Positions 46,968 to 55,378 of a DNA stretch of 64,000 nucleotides are shown in pieces. Positions within the stretch are counted from its first letter, which is position 1. Each line of letters opens with the position of its first letter. Origin of the DNA: Kiritimatiellia bacterium (GTDB lineage: Bacteria; Verrucomicrobiota; Kiritimatiellia; RFP12; UBA1067); contig JAZOAC010000135.1 in the NCBI GenBank assembly GCA_045595285.1, forward strand, positions 23,822-87,821, read 5' to 3'. A program made the translations under genes and the position numbers. The notes beneath the pieces were generated by a model. It was not told the DNA's origin. It saw nothing but the letters and a program-made list of their open reading frames with translations, and made no database searches.

Positions 46968-46999
46968 CGCCCGCGCCTCTGCCTATCCTTCGCCACCGG

Positions 47000-47881
47000 T
47001 CAGAATCGGGTGCGGTCCATGAAGAACGACAGGACGGCAAGTTCGTTCATGTTGCGGTCGAAGGAGCGAGCCATGTCCTCGACCGCCTCGACGTTGCGGA
47101 ACGCCGAAAAACCGGGATCCTCACGCATTCGCTTCGCGAAGAAATCCATGAGAGTGAACAGGAAATCCCGACGGTATTCGCGATATCGGGATGATATCAG
47201 CGCATCCTCCTCGCTGTCGGAAAGTTCGGCGCCATCCTGGGCCGATGCCGTCAACTCCGAAGAGACCTCCTTCTCGGCCTGCTTCTTCAGGGATTCCAGT
47301 ACGTCGGCAAGTCGCTCGGCCGCAATGGCCTTTTTGACAAGACCCGCCGCCGTAGCGTCGGCGAGATCGGGGTCGGACAGGATGCCGAGCACATTCGTGC
47401 GCCACGGATCTCCGAGTTGATGCTCATGCGCATCCGGAAGGTCTATCCGCTGGCAGCGGGAGACTATCGTCGGCAGGAGCTGTTCGGGCGCATCGGTGAG
47501 CAGAAGAAACACTGCCTTGGACGGAGGCTCCTCGAGCGTCTTGAGAAACGCATTCGCTCCGGCGGCGTTGAGCCGGTCCGCTCCGACAAGCACACCGACC
47601 TTCCATCCGCCCGCAAACGACGTCTGCGACATCGGATCGATGAACTTGGTGTGCACGGACTCCACGGACACAATGCGAGTCTTCTTCTCCGGATAGAGCC
47701 AGTGGATGTCCGGATGCGTCTTGAAATTCTCTTCCGGAACGCCGGGGAAGAGATCCCTCAGCACAGCCATCGCAAGGTCACGCGCCATGCCGCGGATTCC
47801 GCCGACGACAAGATATCCGTGCGCCGGTCTGCCGTCCGCAATGGCTTTGGCTATCAGAGCATGGGCTGAATCGAGTTCCAT
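47000..47881 (-). CDS. holB: DNA polymerase III subunit delta prime
   Basis: 293 aa. RPAHGYLVVGGIRGMARDLA and the clamp-loader motif ANAFLKTLEEPP. Confidence 0.85.
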   Translation of the reverse strand: MELDSAHALIAKAIADGRPAHGYLVVGGIRGMARDLAMAVLRDLFPGVPEENFKTHPDIHWLYPEKKTRIVSVESVHTKFIDPMSQTSFAGGWKVGVLVGADRLNAAGANAFLKTLEEPPSKAVFLLLTDAPEQLLPTIVSRCQRIDLPDAHEHQLGDPWRTNVLGILSDPDLADATAAGLVKKAIAAERLADVLESLKKQAEKEVSSELTASAQDGAELSDSEEDALISSRYREYRRDFLFTLMDFFAKRMREDPGFSAFRNVEAVEDMARSFDRNMNELAVLSFFMDRTRF

Positions 47882-48492
47882 ACGGCCTCTCCAACCTCCT
47901 CAACTCCGCCATCTGCCTGGATCACCGAAAACCGCTCCGGCTCTGCGGCGGCAAGTTCCAGAAAGCCCCGCCTGAGCCTGAAATGAAAATCGTCGCCCGC
48001 CTTCTCCATGCGATCGGCTCCGGTGTTGGTCGCCGCCTCGCGCGCACGCATGCGCTTTGCGGAAACCTCAGGCGAGACATTCAGCAGAATCGTCCTGTCC
48101 GGCGCAAGTCCGCCCGTTGCAAACGAATTGATCCGCCTGAGCTCATCGAGGTCCAGACCGCGTCCATACCCCTGATAGGCGAAGGTTGAGTCGGCGAAGC
48201 GGTCGCACAGCACCCATGTGCCGGACTCGAGAGCGGGACGTATCACGCCCTCGACGACCTGCGCTCGGCTGGCGAGAAAGAGAAGCGTCTCGGCTCGCGA
48301 ATTCGGCGGATCGTCCGACTCCTCGCGAACGAGGGTTCGTATCTTCTCGGCAAGCGCGGTTCCGCCCGGTTCACGAGTAAGCAGAACCTCCTTGCCGGCC
48401 GCGCGCAGACGGTCCGCAAGCAGACGGATCTGAGTGGATTTTCCGCACCCTTCTCCGCCCTCAAACGTAATGAACCGTCCTGCCGCAGCCAT
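47854..48492 (-). CDS. tmk: dTMP kinase
   Basis: The ATG at 48492 gives MAAAGRFITFEGGEGCGKSTQ (P-loop) and LTREPGGT. The ORF-track N-terminal extension overlapping lysS was discarded. Confidence 0.9.
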   Translation of the reverse strand: MAAAGRFITFEGGEGCGKSTQIRLLADRLRAAGKEVLLTREPGGTALAEKIRTLVREESDDPPNSRAETLLFLASRAQVVEGVIRPALESGTWVLCDRFADSTFAYQGYGRGLDLDELRRINSFATGGLAPDRTILLNVSPEVSAKRMRAREAATNTGADRMEKAGDDFHFRLRRGFLELAAAEPERFSVIQADGGVEEVGEAVWNSIQPML

Positions 48493-48503
48493 GACTCCGC
48501 GCC

Positions 48504-49958
48504 TCAGGCCTTCTTCATCTGCGGGAAGAGAACCACGTCGCGGATTCCGTCCACGCCCGTAAGGAGCATCACCAGACGGTCCACGCCGATCCCAAGACCA
48601 CCGGTCGGCGGCATCCCGCATTCGAGTGCGGAGATGAAGTCCTCGTCGATCTTCTCGGTATCCTCACCTGCCTGGTTCTCAAGGGCCTTGCGCTGCTCGA
48701 GCGGGTTGTTCTGCTCGGTGTATCCCGGGCAGAGTTCTCGTCCGCCAACGACGAATTCGAAAACGTCCACGAGCTTAGGGTCATCCTCGCAGGCCTTGGC
48801 GAGCGGCACGAACTCGTGCGGAAGACGCGTCACGAACGTGGGCTGACGGAGATTCTTCTCGATGAGCTTGTCATAGACCTCATGCGTGAGCATGAGCGTA
48901 TCGGAAATGCCGTCGAGTTCAAGATTCGTCTCCGACTCCGCGCCCTTGGCCTTGGCTTTCTCAAGCTGCGTCTCGAACGGGAGATCGAACCAGTCGTCGC
49001 CCATCTTCTCCTTCACGAGATCGGAGTACGCCACACGGCGATAGGGCGGAGTGAAGTCGATGATCTCCTTGGCCTCTCCGTACTCGATCTTGCGTGTGCC
49101 GATCACGGTGTCGCAGAGATGGGGGATGAGACCTTCGATGATGTTCTCCATCGACTTGCGGTCACCGTACGCCTCGTATACCTCAAGGACGGTGAATTCC
49201 GGGTTGTGGCTGCGGTCGATGCCTTCATTGCGAAAATCCTTGCCGAGCTCAAACACCTTGTTCATGCCGCCGACGATGAGTCGCTTGAGGTAGAGCTCGG
49301 GAGCGATGCGAAGCACCATGTGCTGGTCAAGCGCGTTGAAATGCGTCTCGAACGGCTTTGCCGCAGCGCCGCCGGCCTGGGACTGCAGAATGGGCGTCTC
49401 AACCTCGTTGAAGCCCTTGCTCCAGAGATACTTGCGCGTCTCTGCGAGAATCTTCGAACGCGTGAAGAATCGGTTGCGCGATTCGTCATTCGTCATGAGA
49501 TCGACATAGCGGCGGCGGTAGCGCTCCTCCTGGTCCGTAAGGCCGTGGAACTTCTCCGGCGGCTGCTCGAGGGCCTTAGCGAGAAGCTCCCATTCCTTGA
49601 CGACGATGGACTTCTCGCCGCGCTGGGTCGTGAACGACACGCCCTTCACGCCGATTATGTCGCCGAGATGAAGCTGCTTGAAGCCCGCGAAAAGACGCTC
49701 GTCCAGTTCGTCGCGCTTGAAGATCAACTGGAAACGGTCGGTGCCGTCGTTCATTGTGCAGAAGTTCATCTTGCCCATGCGACGGATCATCAGGAGACGT
49801 CCGGCGGCGGACACCTCCCTGCCCTCCTCGAACTCCTCGCGGATCTTTGCGAGATCATCGTGCGGATAGGCCCGGCCATAGGGCCTGAAACCGAGCTTTT
49901 CAAGTTCTGCCATCGCCGCGAGACGATTCTCGCGGTATTCGTTTGTCTCAACTTCCAT
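48504..49958 (-). CDS. lysS: lysine--tRNA ligase (class II)
   Basis: 484 aa. OB-fold N-domain and class II motifs (DFRNEGIDRSHNPEFTVLEVYEAY, GGLGIGVDRLVMLLT). Confidence 0.95.
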   Translation of the reverse strand: MEVETNEYRENRLAAMAELEKLGFRPYGRAYPHDDLAKIREEFEEGREVSAAGRLLMIRRMGKMNFCTMNDGTDRFQLIFKRDELDERLFAGFKQLHLGDIIGVKGVSFTTQRGEKSIVVKEWELLAKALEQPPEKFHGLTDQEERYRRRYVDLMTNDESRNRFFTRSKILAETRKYLWSKGFNEVETPILQSQAGGAAAKPFETHFNALDQHMVLRIAPELYLKRLIVGGMNKVFELGKDFRNEGIDRSHNPEFTVLEVYEAYGDRKSMENIIEGLIPHLCDTVIGTRKIEYGEAKEIIDFTPPYRRVAYSDLVKEKMGDDWFDLPFETQLEKAKAKGAESETNLELDGISDTLMLTHEVYDKLIEKNLRQPTFVTRLPHEFVPLAKACEDDPKLVDVFEFVVGGRELCPGYTEQNNPLEQRKALENQAGEDTEKIDEDFISALECGMPPTGGLGIGVDRLVMLLTGVDGIRDVVLFPQMKKA

Positions 49959-49983
49959 CTTATCTCCTTCAGAAAACCCGGCA

Positions 49984-49992
49984 ATTATACCA
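49984..49992 (-). promoter_or_regulatory. candidate extended -10 promoter TGGTATAAT upstream of lysS
   Basis: Minus strand reads ATATGGTATAATTGCCGGGTTTTCTGAAGGAGATAAGATG. The box lies 26 nt upstream of the ATG, with a GAAGGAG RBS between them. Confidence 0.3.
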
Positions 49993-50020
49993 TATTCACA
50001 TAATGCCGCGGACCGGGTCG

Positions 50021-52351
50021 CTATTCCCTGTTGAGCCAGCGAGAAAGACGGGCGGAATCAACCTTGCTCGGCGAATGTCCGAAACCGATGCTTCCGACAA
50101 TCCCCTTGTCCTTGGAAGGACAAGCGTTGAACGCGGCAAATCCGGCGTGCGGCGGCGCGACGGTGTCCGTGAAGCCGACGGAGAAGCGGATCGGACAGGT
50201 TATGAGCGACGCGAAATGCACTCCGTCGAAATACGGCGCGTTGCGCTCGGCTGCGGCGACGTTCTCCGGCAGCTGCGACTTCACGAGATTCGGCCAGCCG
50301 GACTGTCGCCCGTCTATCTTGTGGCACAGATGCACGGTGATCGCGGGGACGGCGATTGTCGCCTTGCGGAACCCTCCGTTGAGAGCGACAAGCGCAAGCC
50401 CCATTCCGCCGCCCTGACTTCCGCCGGAGTATATGAAATCGTCCCTCTTCACCTCCGGGCGGCGCTTGAGCCAGTTCACGGCGCGGTTGATGGCGAGAAT
50501 CGCGCCATAGTAGAAATACTCCTCGCGGCTGGCGGCGATGCCGGTGCGCGTATAGCGCGGCGCCAGCACGGGATAGAGCTTCGAATAGTGGTCGTCCTCC
50601 ACCTTCTGGAGCGCATTATGCTCGGGACCGCGTTTCGCCGCCCCCGGCACCGGGCGGTAGTAGTGCACGTTCATGAGAAGCCCCACGGTAGAGGCGTCCC
50701 CGATGGACGTTGTTCCCATCGACGGACCTGCGCCCGGCACATGGACCCGCACGGGGAACGGCCCCTTGGAGAGGTCCTTCGGCTCCTTGAGGAACCCGTA
50801 CACGGTCCTTCCGCGCGGATCGCTCAGCGAAAGCATGTACACGTCGCATCCGTTGGTGGACATGGACGGCAGAAGCTCCAGCTTCACGTCCTCCGAAACC
50901 TCACGGTCATAGCGTGCGATCGCATCACGCCAGAACTTCTCGAAATCTGCGGGCCGCTCATCGCCGCCCGTGATGAGTTCCTTCGAAAAGACCGCGCCCC
51001 AGCGTTTCACGTGCTTGCCGCACTTGACTGTGAGGAGCAGGAACCCCGGAATGTCGCGTCCGCCCTTCACCGTGAACTCACGCTGCCTGGAAAGGTCCAC
51101 GTCAAACTCAGACAGCACCTTGTCGCCGAAATTGTCGAGGCGCACCTTTGCAATGCCGGACGTGAGCGACGAGCGCACGGTGAACACGGCTTCGTCGCCG
51201 CAGCGGTAGTTGGAGTCCGGATCGTCGCACCACACGGAGAACGGCGCAATGCCCGACTTCACGTTCTCTATCTTGAGGGAGTCGATGTTCTTCGCGATCG
51301 GCTCGCCGCGCGATGGATTCTTCATCTCGCAGTTGCGGAGCGCTATGTTCTTCGGCGGGCATGCCGGATCGCCGCGCAGCTCGTAGGCGTACCATCCTTC
51401 ATCGCACACCACATTTTCAACCGTCACGTTTTCTATCGGAGTGTACACGATTTCAGGATTCGTGGGCTTGTCGCGCCTCAGCCACTGGTAGTCCGGCATG
51501 ATCTCGAAGATCGAACACTTCGCGCGCGCCGCCGTGACGTTGCGCACCGTGATGTTGCGGGCGTAGCCGCCGCGCGCCGCGTTAGTCTTGATGAACAGCA
51601 CACGCCAAACCTCACCTTCCACACGGCAGTTTTCAAGCGTGATATTCTCAATACCGCCTGAAAGTTCACTGCCGATGCCGAGAAGCGTATGGCCGTTCAC
51701 GACCGTGCAGTTTCTGATCGTGATGTCCTTTGTGGGCCTGGCGCGGCGACGGCCGTCGGCGTTCTTGCCGCTCTTCATGCAGAAGCCGTCGTCCCCCTGG
51801 TCAAGGCGGCAATTCTCAATCAACGCGCGTTGCACAGAATCGAGGTCGATACCGTCGGTGTTAGGGCCATCGCACCGCAAATCAAGATTGCGAATCGTCA
51901 CGTCATCCGTGCAAAGCAAATGAATCGTCCAGTTCGGGGAATTTCTTACACGGAATCCTTCAAAACGGACATTTCCGCAATCTTTGAACTGGAAGAAACG
52001 CGGACGCGTAATCTTCTTGCTGAAAGCCTCGCCGTGCCAATAGTCGACCTTCGCCTCGAAAGTACCCGCACCCGTCACCGACACATTGGTCGCTCCGACA
52101 GCCATGACCAGCGCTCTCGCGTCAGGATACAGTGAAGGATCGTCGGAGAAAACGAGTCGTGCACCATCCTCAAGATGCAGTTCGACACCGCTTCCAAGAG
52201 TCAGCGGACCGGTCGTCCATTCTCCGGCAGGAACAACGACGCGCCCACCGCCGGCTTTCGCCGCCGCATCAAGCTTCGGCTGCAGTTCAATCGGCGCGGC
52301 CGCCGCTGCCGAAAACAATCCAAAAACAAAAAACAGAATATTATTTTTCAT
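50021..52351 (-). CDS. secreted GH28 (polygalacturonase-like beta-helix) fused to a CE7-type acetyl esterase
   Basis: The ATG at 52351 gives MKNNILFFVFGLFSAAAAAP. GH28 blocks: NSPNWTIH, GPNTDGIDLDS, QGDDGFCMKSG, NGHTLLGIGSE, RVLFIKTN. The C-terminal CE7-like part carries YSGGSQGGGMGLAL, PYFDGVHFA and GFGH. Confidence 0.8.
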   Translation of the reverse strand: MKNNILFFVFGLFSAAAAAPIELQPKLDAAAKAGGGRVVVPAGEWTTGPLTLGSGVELHLEDGARLVFSDDPSLYPDARALVMAVGATNVSVTGAGTFEAKVDYWHGEAFSKKITRPRFFQFKDCGNVRFEGFRVRNSPNWTIHLLCTDDVTIRNLDLRCDGPNTDGIDLDSVQRALIENCRLDQGDDGFCMKSGKNADGRRRARPTKDITIRNCTVVNGHTLLGIGSELSGGIENITLENCRVEGEVWRVLFIKTNAARGGYARNITVRNVTAARAKCSIFEIMPDYQWLRRDKPTNPEIVYTPIENVTVENVVCDEGWYAYELRGDPACPPKNIALRNCEMKNPSRGEPIAKNIDSLKIENVKSGIAPFSVWCDDPDSNYRCGDEAVFTVRSSLTSGIAKVRLDNFGDKVLSEFDVDLSRQREFTVKGGRDIPGFLLLTVKCGKHVKRWGAVFSKELITGGDERPADFEKFWRDAIARYDREVSEDVKLELLPSMSTNGCDVYMLSLSDPRGRTVYGFLKEPKDLSKGPFPVRVHVPGAGPSMGTTSIGDASTVGLLMNVHYYRPVPGAAKRGPEHNALQKVEDDHYSKLYPVLAPRYTRTGIAASREEYFYYGAILAINRAVNWLKRRPEVKRDDFIYSGGSQGGGMGLALVALNGGFRKATIAVPAITVHLCHKIDGRQSGWPNLVKSQLPENVAAAERNAPYFDGVHFASLITCPIRFSVGFTDTVAPPHAGFAAFNACPSKDKGIVGSIGFGHSPSKVDSARLSRWLNRE

Positions 52352-52353
52352 GA

Positions 52354-55300
52354 TCAACGCACACCTATTTTAAGATTCCTGATTCTTCCGGCGAAGAATT
52401 CGCCGCCTTTAGCGCCGCCGCCGACAGCGGTGTACAAGGGATAGAAAAGATCGCCGGAAACCGGCATCGCCTCTCCGCGCACTCCGTCGACCTCCACATG
52501 GGCCGTCCTCTGGTCGCACACGATCTTGACCTTCTGCCACTTGCCCGCCGCAATCTCCGGACCTTTCACGGTGACGGAAGCGGCTCTTCCCGACACTCGC
52601 ATGAACTTGTTGCGCAGGAAGAAGTGAGCGTACACCCGACCGTCGGCGACATATATCGATGCGCTGGTGGGACCGGTGAACACCAGCATCTGCCTGCGCT
52701 TCACATCGTCCGGATTGACCTCCATCTCAAGTTCGAAGCTGGCATGCACAGGCCAGATCTGCTGCGGAAGGCTCACATATGAGCATCCGGAGAACTTGAG
52801 CGCCCACGAGCCGTCCGGTTCCTTTACAAAATCCGGCGAACTCTTCTCCCAGTTCGGCGTCTTGGCGTTCAACGCAAGCACCGCACTGTTGCCGTAGCCG
52901 GTCTCACCCTGACCGAAACCGGTGACGAGCGGCACATTGCCGCCGAGGATGCCCCAGAGATTGCGGCCGCCCGGACACGGTATTACCGACCCACGGGATG
53001 GAGTAAACTCATATTTGACATCAAGAAAGCGCGAGCTGTCGGCGGAAATTTCAGACACCTTTTCGGAGTCGCGTTCAAACACATGGAACTTCACCCTCCT
53101 GCCCGAAGCTTTGCCGAGAACGAACGGCTTGGAACGCCAGACCTTATAGTTTTCATCAATCGTCTCAAGTCGCAAAATGGAATTGGGAAGCCCCGGTTTT
53201 AAGCGGAAAGTAAAATCGGCATTCTTCACCATCTGCGGATCAGGTATGCGTTCCTGCGAAAGGTAGCGCGTAAAGACAAGGTTAGTCCCCTTCTTTCCCG
53301 GCAAACCGACAACTTCGTCGCGTTCAAGATCGGCAACTGAAACCTTACCCTTGAAGTAGTCCTTCACATCCGCTTCAAAGACGGCGCTGTCCGCCTCCGC
53401 ACGGGGGATTTCGATCAATAGATAGTGAGGCCAGTTGTTCGCCATCGCGCCGGTGAGCACGAAGCTCGTCCCTTCGATTGCGATGTTTCCGCGAGTGCGG
53501 AACATCGACAGCTTTGCGTTCGGAGCGCCGGCAAGCTTAATCTTGCCGAACAAATGCTTCCCCTTGCCGTTGATCGCGTATCCCTGGAACGCGATGCGTA
53601 CGCGCACCGTGTCCGCATCGCGCACACTCTTTCCGTCGTACATGTAGATGGTATCGGTCTCGTCGATGACGGCAATCGACCTGAGACGCGCATCGCTCTT
53701 CACGCTTCCGCAAATCTCACGAACGCCATTTGCATCGGGCTCGCCGATGTTCAGCGTCCCCGCCGTACCCTTGGGCAGATCGCGCAAAGGATGCTTCGCC
53801 CACTTGTACTCAATGCAGCGCGTAGGACGCAGACCGACCGGCCACATGCCGTCCGAATGCACGCTGCGAAAGCCATTCGCCCAAACGGTGAGTTCCGGAA
53901 CGAGCGCCGGATTATCTATCAGCCGCGAGACATCCTCCTTGAACCATGCCGCCGCCAATCTGCCGCCCTTCAACTTCTGCGGCGGGAAACTGCGCACAAC
54001 TTTGCCATCGGGCGTCTTCCAGGCGAACGCCACGGTGATGTCGGCATTGTCAAACGTTCCGTCGGGAATATTGAGCACTTCGACTTCAAGCGGCTCGCCC
54101 GCCATCAGCTCCTTGCGGTAGGATACGATGAGGTTCGGAACAGACGCATCGTCGCCGGGGAACATATCGGGCTTAAGACCGTTTGCGATATCATGATAGT
54201 AGCGCATTATGCGCTGATTCGTGAAACCATGCGCGACCATCGGACGGAAACTCGTGTTCTCGTTTTCCTCATCCCATTCACAGCCGATCATGAAATCCGC
54301 ATTCATAGCCGCCATTGATCCCAGCATGTCGCGTAGCATGCGCGTACCGGTGCAGTCAAGTCCGTAGTTCCAACGATAGGAGTTCTCATGTCCAGCCGTG
54401 GCCAAATAACCCAGACATTTCTCCTTGAACTCAGGCTTGGAGAACACGTCATGCACCATAGGCACTAGCACCTTGTCGAAAAGCCACGGATTGTAACGAC
54501 GGTTGAAGATAGTCTCGCGCCCGTTATAGCACAACCCATCAAGAACCTTGAGTGCGCGTTCAAGCCGCTCTCGCATTTTCCGGAGCACATCGGCACTGTA
54601 GCCTTCGGTCGTCTCCTTGCGGTCTTCCAGACAGAGCATATAATACGGCATCACCAGGAATCTGTCGCCGAAACGCGATGTCAGTTCCTTCTTCAGCTTC
54701 GCATAGTGAGGAAGGTCATTTTCACGGATGGCGGGATAGCTGGTAATCACCACCTTCCCATTGATGCGGAAACTGTTCGGGGCATCCAATGCCTGCTTTG
54801 CACGGAAGATGCACTCTTCAAGAGGCAGTCCGCGCAAAAGCTCAACCAGTATTTTTGTCTCACAACCCGGTTTCACTGACGCAGGTAAAACCTCCTCGCG
54901 ATTCTTCGTGCATGTAAAGACTGCAAAACCGGTCTGCTTGCCCAAGCGCCCTATCTCAACTGTCTTCTGCCATCCCTTTTCATTGAGCCACGGGCCTTTT
55001 TCCACATCCTGGTTCACATATTTCAAACTCGAATCCTGCAAAAGCGGACGATCGTACCAATGGTGCAGAAAATCACTGCGATTGATACCGTACTTAAGCT
55101 GCGCCCGGACAAAGAAATCCGTTCTGCCGTTTTTGCGCACATAGCGGCTCTTCGACCATTCTGAGAGCAGTTTTTCCGCGTCGGCTGTAAGCTTCCAGTT
55201 TTTTGCCAAAAGACCATATTCGTCCGGAGGTGCGTATTCTGCGGAAGGCGCTTGTTCCCGGGCCCCCTTTGGAACGGAGCACGCAGAGTTTCTGCCAGTA

Positions 55301-55359
55301 CAGTCCTGACAGCACGATGCGAAGGAAGATACGACAGCGGCGACTAAAAGTGTTTTCAT
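52354..55359 (-). CDS. 1001-aa lipoprotein with C-terminal LamG/concanavalin-A-like domain; central region unassigned
   Basis: Lipobox SSFASC. The C-terminal about 200 aa are LamG-like (LKFSGCSYVSL ... FFAGRIRNLKIGVR). I recognised no catalytic family in residues about 50-750. Confidence 0.6.
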   Translation of the reverse strand: MKTLLVAAVVSSFASCCQDCTGRNSACSVPKGAREQAPSAEYAPPDEYGLLAKNWKLTADAEKLLSEWSKSRYVRKNGRTDFFVRAQLKYGINRSDFLHHWYDRPLLQDSSLKYVNQDVEKGPWLNEKGWQKTVEIGRLGKQTGFAVFTCTKNREEVLPASVKPGCETKILVELLRGLPLEECIFRAKQALDAPNSFRINGKVVITSYPAIRENDLPHYAKLKKELTSRFGDRFLVMPYYMLCLEDRKETTEGYSADVLRKMRERLERALKVLDGLCYNGRETIFNRRYNPWLFDKVLVPMVHDVFSKPEFKEKCLGYLATAGHENSYRWNYGLDCTGTRMLRDMLGSMAAMNADFMIGCEWDEENENTSFRPMVAHGFTNQRIMRYYHDIANGLKPDMFPGDDASVPNLIVSYRKELMAGEPLEVEVLNIPDGTFDNADITVAFAWKTPDGKVVRSFPPQKLKGGRLAAAWFKEDVSRLIDNPALVPELTVWANGFRSVHSDGMWPVGLRPTRCIEYKWAKHPLRDLPKGTAGTLNIGEPDANGVREICGSVKSDARLRSIAVIDETDTIYMYDGKSVRDADTVRVRIAFQGYAINGKGKHLFGKIKLAGAPNAKLSMFRTRGNIAIEGTSFVLTGAMANNWPHYLLIEIPRAEADSAVFEADVKDYFKGKVSVADLERDEVVGLPGKKGTNLVFTRYLSQERIPDPQMVKNADFTFRLKPGLPNSILRLETIDENYKVWRSKPFVLGKASGRRVKFHVFERDSEKVSEISADSSRFLDVKYEFTPSRGSVIPCPGGRNLWGILGGNVPLVTGFGQGETGYGNSAVLALNAKTPNWEKSSPDFVKEPDGSWALKFSGCSYVSLPQQIWPVHASFELEMEVNPDDVKRRQMLVFTGPTSASIYVADGRVYAHFFLRNKFMRVSGRAASVTVKGPEIAAGKWQKVKIVCDQRTAHVEVDGVRGEAMPVSGDLFYPLYTAVGGGAKGGEFFAGRIRNLKIGVR

Positions 55360-55378
55360 CTTTGATTATTTTCTCTTA

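Noticed and set aside
46697-46996. The 99-aa minus-strand ORF in the holB-cytochrome intergenic region.
   Set aside because: It has no Shine-Dalgarno and a composition unlike its neighbours. It spans the palindromic/repeat elements and shows no recognisable domain. The region is more likely regulatory DNA.
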